Shown here: in pieces, positions 21,804 to 28,609 of the stretch
Layout: every line of letters begins with the position of its first letter
Numbering within the stretch: the first letter of the stretch is position 1
Assembly (NCBI RefSeq): GCF_032878955.1
Contig: NZ_CP043839.1
Location: 4,473,185-4,505,184, forward strand
Origin: Butyricimonas paravirosa
Lineage (GTDB): Bacteria > Bacteroidota > Bacteroidia > Bacteroidales > Marinifilaceae
DNA: 32,000 bases
Direction: 5' to 3'
Made by a program: the position numbers and the translations under genes
The notes under the pieces: model-generated
Databases searched by the model: none
Seen by the model: the letters and a program-made list of their open reading frames with translations, nothing else
What the model was told of the DNA's origin: nothing

Positions 21804-22182
21804 AACGATTGTTGAATGTCCTTTTTGTAATTTAAAAAAGGAAATCGAGATTATTTCTGAAACTGAAAGTTGTATTGCTTTTTATGATGGTTTCCCTGTG
21901 AATCCGGGGCATGCGTTGATAATTCCTAAACGTCATGTGTCTAATTATTTTGAACTTACTCGTGATGAAGTTCTGGAAATGCAAGAGATGTTGTGGTATG
22001 TAAAGAAGGTTATAGATGAACGTTATCATCCGGATGGGTATAATATTGGGGTCAATGTAAACGAGTCTGCAGGACAGTCTATATTTCATGTACATATGCA
22101 TCTTATTCCAAGATATAAGGGGGATATGGAGAATCCGAAGGGGGGAGTCCGTGGGGTGATTCCTTGTAAGCAAAAATATTGA
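21796..22182 (+). CDS. HIT-family (histidine triad) nucleotide hydrolase/transferase
   Basis: 128 aa from ATG 21796; the ORF track offers an earlier ATG at 21769. The N-terminus has ECPFCNL, the triad is SIFHVHMHLIPR and the tail is GGVRGVIP. ATG 21796 overlaps the HNH stop (21801-21803) by 8 nt. Confidence 0.88.
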   Translation: MNKTIVECPFCNLKKEIEIISETESCIAFYDGFPVNPGHALIIPKRHVSNYFELTRDEVLEMQEMLWYVKKVIDERYHPDGYNIGVNVNESAGQSIFHVHMHLIPRYKGDMENPKGGVRGVIPCKQKY

Positions 22183-22598
22183 ATTAGTCTTGATTGTAAT
22201 TTAGGGTAGATTATTGTTAGCAGGAATTCAGAGGATACGATCAAAACGAAATCACGCAAAAGAGTTATAAAGTTATCCCTTGTTTCATAGATAACTAAGG
22301 TTGGACTATCCTTTCCCTTGATTATTGGCGTAACATGAATATAGTATGAACATAGCATATACACTTGTCTATGTTTATGATTTGTTAATGGTGTGTTGGC
22401 ACTCCCTTGGTATCCTTATCTAACGGTAAAGAAAGGTTTCACAAGATATGTCTCATATAATCTCCGAATTTACGGAAGATCCCATTTTGAAGCTTTAAAT
22501 ATATGCTTTCTAGATGTAGAGTTGTAATATGTTGTAGCGGTGTAAATGTAAAAAAAGCTATGTTGTATGATTATTGACTGTTAATTTGTGAAGTGATA

Positions 22599-22629
22599 TT
22601 TGTTTATTGTAAAAATGTTTATATATTTG
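22599..22629 (+). promoter_or_regulatory. Bacteroides-type sigma-A promoter (-33 TTTG / -7 TAnnTTTG)
   Basis: TTTG lies at 22599-22602, followed by a 19-nt spacer and TATATTTG at 22622-22629. This places a start site at about 22634-22637, exactly where the long closing helix of the structured element begins. Confidence 0.5.
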
Positions 22630-22633
22630 TAAT

Positions 22634-22793
22634 GCGTAACATACTCAAGGGTAGGGAATCCTGCCACTGCATAGCAGGCATTTTTTATGCCTGTTATCTC
22701 CATACGGCGGTTCCGAACCCCCGTGATGGAGTGTGTAATGCACCCACAGCCCTTGAGGTGTTACGCAGCGGGACAGGCGGAACCGTTTTTTTT
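22634..22793 (+). ncRNA. Unassigned ~160-nt structured RNA (sRNA or riboswitch-like leader) ending in U8
   Basis: Closing helix: GCGTAACA-ta-CTCAAGGG (22634-22651) pairs with CCCTTGAG-g-TGTTACGC (22750-22766). Internal competing hairpins: CCTGC(22660-64)/GCAGG(22674-78) versus CAGGCA(22675-80)/TGCCTG(22688-93). Extended hairpin at 22698-22731: CTCCAT-ACGG-c-GGTT-ccg-AACC-c-CCGT-g-ATGGAG. Its apex CGGTTCCG (22708-15) is complementary to CGGAACCG (22778-85), which directly abuts T8 (22786-93). Confidence 0.5.
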
Positions 22794-23147
22794 CGTCCTA
22801 ATCTTTAAACAAAAAGGCTTATGAGGGTAAATCGTGATCATATTTTTGTGAGGGGAATTGCTGATCTGCTTTCCATATTTCTTTGATTTTACTATTGATT
22901 TGTAATTAGGTCGGCTAGGAGAGTATTCGAAGTTAGGAATGTTTTGATCTTTATATCTTTTGATCAGTTTTGTAAAATCTTTATCTTGTATGGTAAAGGT
23001 AGGGATGGGTATGTCAAATTGTTACGAAATGTAAATTGTGAAAGAAGAAACAGAAAAATAAAAGAGGGGTGTATTCTATGCCTGAGAAACGTTGAATATC
23101 ACCCCCTTGTGTAAATCAATTTTATCAATTAATTAACAATCAAAGTT

Positions 23148-26100
23148 ATGAAAAAAACTTATGACAGGAAAGTTTTTAAGCGAAAGTTACTGTCGGATCG
23201 AAGGACGGTAACCGTGACAATCCGGTTATTTATGATTTTATTGTTGGGCTTCCCGCTATTGACGAGGGCCGGGACGGTGGATTCCACTCGTGTAGCGAAT
23301 CGGGAGGTGAGGGGAAAGGTGGTGGACGAGAAGAAGCTGCCGATACCGGGAGTCTCGGTGCGTCTGGGAGGAACGTCGATGGGAACGGCCACTGATGTTG
23401 ATGGGAAGTTCAAGTTGTTGATCCCGGCTGACACGGCCACGCTGGTAGTTTCCTTTATCGGGATGAAGACCGAGATCGTGAAGATTCCCCGGCTGAAAAC
23501 GGGTGCGGAACAAAAGGAGTTGACGATCGTGTTGCGGGAAGAGGACGTGAAACTGGAAGACGTGGTGGTGACGGGTATCTTCACCCGTAAGAAGGAAAGT
23601 TTCACGGGATCGGCTTCCACTTACTCGGCTGCCGAGTTGAAAACGATGGGTACGCAGAACGTGTTACAAAGCTTGAAGACTTTGGACCCGGCTTTCGCCA
23701 TTATCGAGGATAACCAGTTCGGTTCTGACCCGAATCGCTTGCCGAACATGGAAATCCGGGGAAAGTCGAGCATGTTGGGATTGCGGGACGAGCTGGATGC
23801 CGACCCGAACCAGCCATTGTTTATCCTGGATGGTTTCGAGTCTACGTTGGCAGCGATTAATGATCTGGATATAAACCGGGTGGCCTCGATCACGATCTTG
23901 AAAGATGCGGCATCGACGGCAATTTACGGTTCGAAGGCGGCTAACGGGGTGATCGTGGTAGAAACGGTGAAACCGGAAGCGGGGAAGTTACAGGTGAGCT
24001 ACAACGGGAACATGAATCTCTCGATACCCGATTTGTCGAGTTATAACTTGATGAATTCAAGGGAAAAACTGGAATTTGAATTATTGGCAGGAAGGTACGA
24101 CCCGGCGAATTGGTCGACAGCGAACGAAGTGGAAATGAATCGGTTGTATAACGAGAAATTGAAGGAAATCGAGAGCGGTGTAAACACGTACTGGCTGGCA
24201 GAACCTTTACGGGTAGGGGTGAACCAGAAACACTCGCTCTATGTGCAGGGCGGTGAAGGAAACTTCCTGTTTGGTTTAGGTGCGGGATATAACGGGATAA
24301 CCGGGGTTATGGAGAAGTCTGATAGGGAGGTGCTTAGCGGTAATATTGATTTGATTTACCGGATGTCGAAATTTCAGTTCTCCAATAAATTCTCGTTGAC
24401 TTCAACTGATTACAAGAACCCGATCGTGGCTTTCAGCGCGTATGCCGCGGCGAATCCTTATTACAGAAAGTATAACGAGGATGGAACCGTGGATAAATGG
24501 TTGGAGAATAACAAATTTTTCAAGGCGGCTAACCCGTTGTGGAATGCCCGACAGAATAGTCGGGACGAGGGGAAAAATCTCTCTATTAGTAATTATTTCA
24601 TGGCGGAGTATTTCCCCACCGTGGAATGGCGGGTACGTGCCCGGTTAGGGCTGACTTACGGGAATGACGACACGGAAAAGTTCTATTCCCGGAATGATAC
24701 CCGTTACGAGAATGTGGAAACGATCAAGAAAGGGGAATATCGTTCAACGAATACCAGAAAAAATCAAGTGGAGGCGGAATTGAGTGTCACGTATGCCAAG
24801 ATGTTGGGGAGACACCGGATTAACTTGGTGGCCGGGGGAAATATTTCCAGTAACAAGTCGTTAACGCAGGGATATTCAGCATTAGGATTCCCGGAGGGTA
24901 ATTTTTCTTATCCCTCATTCTCGAACGGTTACCCGGAAAATGGCACGCCGACATACTACGAGACGGTGTCCCGCTCGGTGAACGGTTATTTCAACGCGGG
25001 GTACTCTTTTGACGATCGTTATTTGATGGATTTCAGTTTGCGGACAAGCGGGTCTTCGGTTTTTGGAACCTCCCGAAAGTATAACACGACGTGGTCGGTC
25101 GGGTTAGGCTGGAACTTGCACAAGGAGAAGTTTATCATGGATCACGTGGAATGGATTAACATATTGAAACTGCGGGCCTCTATCGGTAATCCCGGAAACC
25201 AGAGTTTTGACTCGGCGCAATCCTTGTTGACTTATTCTTTCCAGTACGGTTCGATGAACTATTTCGGGCTGGGTGCCGTGTTGTCACAAATCGGTAATCC
25301 CGATTTGGAATGGCAGATCACGGTCGATAAAAATATTGGTCTCGACGTGACGTTGTTTAACAAGCGTTTCTCGCTGACGGCGGATTATTATTACAAGGTG
25401 ACCGACCCGTTGTTGATCAAGGTAAGTACGCCGCTTTCTTCCGGAACGCCGACTTACATGACGAATGCGGGAGAACAGGTGTCACAGGGATTGACGGCAT
25501 CGGTGTCTTATTATATTTTCCAAGATTTTGAGAAACGTTTCTCGTGGATGATACGGGCGAACGTGCGAACTCAGAAAACCCGGATTGACAAGATCGGGAA
25601 CAAGCTCTCCACGTTGAACGCCAGTGGAAAGGGAGAAAACACGGTGAGGTATTATGACGGGGCAGACCCGGATGATATTTGGGCGGTGAAGTCCGCGGGG
25701 ATTGATCCCTCGAACGGGAAGGAGTTGTTCTATGCCAAGGATGGTAGCTACACGTACGATTTCTCGTATGATGACGAGGTGATTTGCGGGAACACCCGTC
25801 CCGACGTGGAAGGTGTGATCGGGACCTCGCTCAACTGGAAGGGATTTTCCGTGAGTTTGAATTTCCGTTACCAGATGGGTGCGGACGTGTTCAACGAGGC
25901 CCTTTATAGTAAGGTGGAAAATATTTCAAGGAGTGATTTGAACAAGAATCAGGATAAGCGGGCGTTGTACGAACGTTGGCAGGAAGTGGGGGACATCGTG
26001 CGTTTCAAGGATATTGCCAGTGCGGAGACGACCCCGATGTCTTCCCGTTTCGTGCAGACAGAGAACGTGTTGACCTTGGAGTCTCTCTATCTGGGGTACG

Positions 26101-26258
26101 AGTTTTACAACGGGTGGATCGAGAAACTTGGCTTGAGTAGCCTGAAACTACAATTCTCCATGCGTGACGTGTTCCGGGCATCGACAATCCGGTCTGAAAG
26201 AGGAATATCTTATCCTTTTGCCCGGAGTATGGAGGCAGGACTTTCGTTTAATTTTTAA
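23148..26258 (+). CDS. SusC/RagA-family TonB-dependent transporter (no STN domain)
   Basis: 1036 aa. The carboxypeptidase-regulatory-like segment is VRGKVVDEKKLPIPGVSVRLGGT...FIGMKTEIV and the plug motif is ITILKDAASTAIYGSKAANGVIVVETV. It shares NTYWL..PLR and LKLRASIGNPGN motifs with the first SusC, and it ends in terminal F. Confidence 0.95.
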   Translation: MKKTYDRKVFKRKLLSDRRTVTVTIRLFMILLLGFPLLTRAGTVDSTRVANREVRGKVVDEKKLPIPGVSVRLGGTSMGTATDVDGKFKLLIPADTATLVVSFIGMKTEIVKIPRLKTGAEQKELTIVLREEDVKLEDVVVTGIFTRKKESFTGSASTYSAAELKTMGTQNVLQSLKTLDPAFAIIEDNQFGSDPNRLPNMEIRGKSSMLGLRDELDADPNQPLFILDGFESTLAAINDLDINRVASITILKDAASTAIYGSKAANGVIVVETVKPEAGKLQVSYNGNMNLSIPDLSSYNLMNSREKLEFELLAGRYDPANWSTANEVEMNRLYNEKLKEIESGVNTYWLAEPLRVGVNQKHSLYVQGGEGNFLFGLGAGYNGITGVMEKSDREVLSGNIDLIYRMSKFQFSNKFSLTSTDYKNPIVAFSAYAAANPYYRKYNEDGTVDKWLENNKFFKAANPLWNARQNSRDEGKNLSISNYFMAEYFPTVEWRVRARLGLTYGNDDTEKFYSRNDTRYENVETIKKGEYRSTNTRKNQVEAELSVTYAKMLGRHRINLVAGGNISSNKSLTQGYSALGFPEGNFSYPSFSNGYPENGTPTYYETVSRSVNGYFNAGYSFDDRYLMDFSLRTSGSSVFGTSRKYNTTWSVGLGWNLHKEKFIMDHVEWINILKLRASIGNPGNQSFDSAQSLLTYSFQYGSMNYFGLGAVLSQIGNPDLEWQITVDKNIGLDVTLFNKRFSLTADYYYKVTDPLLIKVSTPLSSGTPTYMTNAGEQVSQGLTASVSYYIFQDFEKRFSWMIRANVRTQKTRIDKIGNKLSTLNASGKGENTVRYYDGADPDDIWAVKSAGIDPSNGKELFYAKDGSYTYDFSYDDEVICGNTRPDVEGVIGTSLNWKGFSVSLNFRYQMGADVFNEALYSKVENISRSDLNKNQDKRALYERWQEVGDIVRFKDIASAETTPMSSRFVQTENVLTLESLYLGYEFYNGWIEKLGLSSLKLQFSMRDVFRASTIRSERGISYPFARSMEAGLSFNF

Positions 26259-26264
26259 AGAAGA

Positions 26265-27746
26265 ATGGTTATGAAATTATGGAATATCATTTGGATCGGG
26301 GTCATGCTCGTGTGTGGTGCCGGGTGTTCGAGCTTTCTGGACGTGCAACCCAAGGACAAGCAGTCGGAGAAACAATTATTCGCTACGAGAGGCGGATTCT
26401 ACACGGCGGTAAACGGGATATATAACAAGGTGGCCTCCACGGCTCTTTACGGGAAAAATCTTTCCTACGAGTTGGTGGACGTGATTTCGAAACGCTACCT
26501 GCCTCTCTCTGTGAACACGTACTTGACCGCGTTAAGTACCTTTGCTTACACGGGTGAAGAGGTCGAGAAAGAGTTGGAGAACACGTGGACGACGGCTTAC
26601 AACACGGTGTTGAATTGCAACGTGTTGCTGGAGAATCTTGAAGAGAGCGAAGGCGTGTTGCAGGGGCAGGAGTATCGCGTGCTGAAAGGCGAGATGCTGG
26701 CCGTTCGAGCTTTCCTGCACTTTGATATGTTGCGTTTGTTCGGTCCGGTTTACAAGCTCCACCCGGAGGCGGCATCCATTCCCTACAACGAATCGTCGAA
26801 AGTGGCGGCCCTGCCGTTAATGACGGCCGATTCTGTGTTACACGAGAAAATATTGCGGGATCTGGATGAGGCCGAGAAGTTACTGGCGGATAGTGACCCG
26901 GTGATCGAGAACGGGCCGATGGCCTCTCTCGGGGAAGACGAGGAAGTTTACCTGCGCTATCGCCAGTTGCGGATGAATTATTACGCCGTGTTGGCATTGA
27001 AGGCGAGGGTGTACCTGTACGCGGGAGAACAGGCGAACGCGCTGGCTGCTGCCCGGAAACTGTTGACGGACCCGAAAGTGGATGAATATTTCCCGGCGGT
27101 GGACCCGAATAAACTGCTGGCCAACCAGAGCAATCCCGACCGGGTATTCTCCACGGAAGTACTGACGGGAATTTATAAAAAGGACCGAAAGGAGATTTAT
27201 ACCCGTTATTTCAGCTCGGAGCAGGCGGGAAATAATCTCCTGCATCCCCGGAAAGATTTCGTGGGAACGAGCCTTTTTGCCGGAGAGACACAGGATTATC
27301 GATTCCAGACGTGGTGGCAGGTAGCATCCGGCGTGGGTGAGAGCGGTCACGTGATGATTAAATACAAGGAGATAGACCAACCTGACGGGACGGCGGGATC
27401 AGAGTATTTCTACGCTGTTTTCATGTCGTTGATCCGGTTGAGCGAAGTATATTACATCGCGGCGGAGAGCGAGCCCCTGTTGGCGGACAAGTATGGTTGG
27501 CTGAACCGGGTTCGAGCCCGGAGAGGGTTACCCGACGCGCCTGTCGTTTCAGAGGATGATTTCATGAAGCGGTTGCGTTCGGAGTACGTGCGGGAGTTTA
27601 TCGGCGAGGGGCAAATCTTTTTCATGTATAAACGGCTGTATATAAATATCAATAGTTACGAGAACGGGTATGATACCAATACTTACGGGGCCCGGGAAGA
27701 ACGCTACGTGCTACCGGTGCCTTCCAAGGAAATTGCTAATCGTTAA
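26265..27746 (+). CDS. SusD/RagB-family lipoprotein
   Basis: The lipoprotein signal is MLVCGAGC. SusD motifs are MLAVRAFLHFDMLRLFGP, RMNYYAVLALKARVY and FIGEGQIFFMYKR. It starts 6 nt after the SusC stop. Confidence 0.9.
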   Translation: MVMKLWNIIWIGVMLVCGAGCSSFLDVQPKDKQSEKQLFATRGGFYTAVNGIYNKVASTALYGKNLSYELVDVISKRYLPLSVNTYLTALSTFAYTGEEVEKELENTWTTAYNTVLNCNVLLENLEESEGVLQGQEYRVLKGEMLAVRAFLHFDMLRLFGPVYKLHPEAASIPYNESSKVAALPLMTADSVLHEKILRDLDEAEKLLADSDPVIENGPMASLGEDEEVYLRYRQLRMNYYAVLALKARVYLYAGEQANALAAARKLLTDPKVDEYFPAVDPNKLLANQSNPDRVFSTEVLTGIYKKDRKEIYTRYFSSEQAGNNLLHPRKDFVGTSLFAGETQDYRFQTWWQVASGVGESGHVMIKYKEIDQPDGTAGSEYFYAVFMSLIRLSEVYYIAAESEPLLADKYGWLNRVRARRGLPDAPVVSEDDFMKRLRSEYVREFIGEGQIFFMYKRLYININSYENGYDTNTYGAREERYVLPVPSKEIANR

Positions 27747-27758
27747 AATGACAAGGTT

Positions 27759-28592
27759 ATGAAATGGAAAAATATTTTATTGATCGTGGGACTGGGTTTT
27801 GTCGCAAGTGCTTGTGAAAAACAGGATAGCTCGATTTTTACCACAGATGATGCCGGGATTTATTTTCAAATGGTGACGATGTCTATTTACGGGACGACCA
27901 CGGAATATTACACGGATTCGCTCTCTTCTTCCTTCGCGTCTGTTCGAGCCTCGGCGAAGAGTGCGGTGCTTGCCGCTACGGTTCGGACGATGGGTAAAGT
28001 GGCTGACTATGATCGTCCTTTCAAGGTAGTCGTGGATAAAGAAGGTTCGACGGCTGTTGAAGGCGAGCATTACGAGATCGACCTGGACACGCTGGTTGTT
28101 CGTGCGGGGGAGAGTTCCGCGAGAGTGCGTGTACGTTTTTTTCGCACGGCAGACTTGATGAAAAGAACGATACGGTTGGTTCTCCGGCTGGAAGATAACG
28201 AATATTTTAAGTGTTATTTTCCGGAGTACAAGAACACGAATGCGTACTCGTCCACGGGGGTGATGATTCACGGGAATCTGTTTGCCTTTTCGGTGAGCGA
28301 GATGTACACGGAACCGGGCTACTGGACGGATTTCGGGACAGAATTTTTCGGGAATTGGACACCTGAAAAGTATGTCGTGGTTAACTCGGTTTGTGGGTTG
28401 ACTCCCACGGATTGGAGTGGTGCTGGGTATGCCGGGGCGAAGGTGCAATACGGACGGTTTAATTTTTTCGCTCTCGCCGTGCAGAAATATTTGCAGGAAC
28501 AGGCGGATGCCGGAACCCCGGAACTGGACTCTGACGGGGAATATATGCAACTTGACCCGTCCTACTCGGTCGATTACTCCCGGTATGAATAA
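27759..28592 (+). CDS. DUF4843-like PUL accessory lipoprotein
   Basis: 277 aa with lipobox GFVASAC. It has the same position and size as the gene at 5879, and shared features such as Y(Y/F)..(G/E)..W(W/T)D and PxKY(E/V)(I/V). Confidence 0.6.
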   Translation: MKWKNILLIVGLGFVASACEKQDSSIFTTDDAGIYFQMVTMSIYGTTTEYYTDSLSSSFASVRASAKSAVLAATVRTMGKVADYDRPFKVVVDKEGSTAVEGEHYEIDLDTLVVRAGESSARVRVRFFRTADLMKRTIRLVLRLEDNEYFKCYFPEYKNTNAYSSTGVMIHGNLFAFSVSEMYTEPGYWTDFGTEFFGNWTPEKYVVVNSVCGLTPTDWSGAGYAGAKVQYGRFNFFALAVQKYLQEQADAGTPELDSDGEYMQLDPSYSVDYSRYE

Positions 28593-28609
28593 TATTAAAA
28601 CGAGATGTT

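Noticed and set aside
22086-22364. 92-aa minus-strand ORF overlapping the HIT gene 3' end and the spacer
   Set aside because: It has no motifs, it is antisense to a well-supported gene for a third of its length, and its composition is that of an AT-rich spacer.
22328-22642. 9-nt word GCGTAACAT occurring at 22328 and again at 22634, considered as possible direct repeats or att-site remnants flanking an insertion
   Set aside because: The repeat is too short to distinguish from chance in 32 kb. No recombinase lies nearby, and the enclosed 300 bp has no coding or mobile-element features.
22705-22724. tRNA/tmRNA-like T-arm (GGTTCCGAACC)
   Set aside because: No acceptor stem, anticodon arm, D-arm or CCA context can be drawn, and the loop is TTCCGAA rather than TTCGAAT/TTCAAAT. 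It is treated as a hairpin apex of the larger RNA.
22634-22766. Inverted repeats GCGTAACAtaCTCAAGGG / CCCTTGAGgTGTTACGC as the borders of an invertible promoter (inverton) of the kind known upstream of Bacteroides SusC/SusD operons
   Set aside because: The enclosed segment is only ~98 bp and contains no TTTG/TAnnTTTG promoter words on either strand. The good promoter lies outside the repeats, no recombinase gene is nearby, and the interior is itself densely self-complementary. This remains the main alternative; read-orientation analysis would test it.
22634-22793. Possible cobalamin riboswitch (GGGAA and GCCACTG words, located upstream of a TonB-dependent receptor)
   Set aside because: Only these two short words match. 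The GGTG..AA..CC element, the CCCGC.ACTGT segment and the B12-box (AGYCMGGAGACCKGCC-like) are absent. The downstream gene is a SusC/SusD cassette, not btuB. A cmscan would settle the question.
22593-22808. 71-aa plus-strand ORF covering the structured-RNA region
   Set aside because: It has a GTG start and no coding-like composition. It begins upstream of the -7 promoter word, and the same bases form extensive complementary helices. An RNA interpretation fits better.
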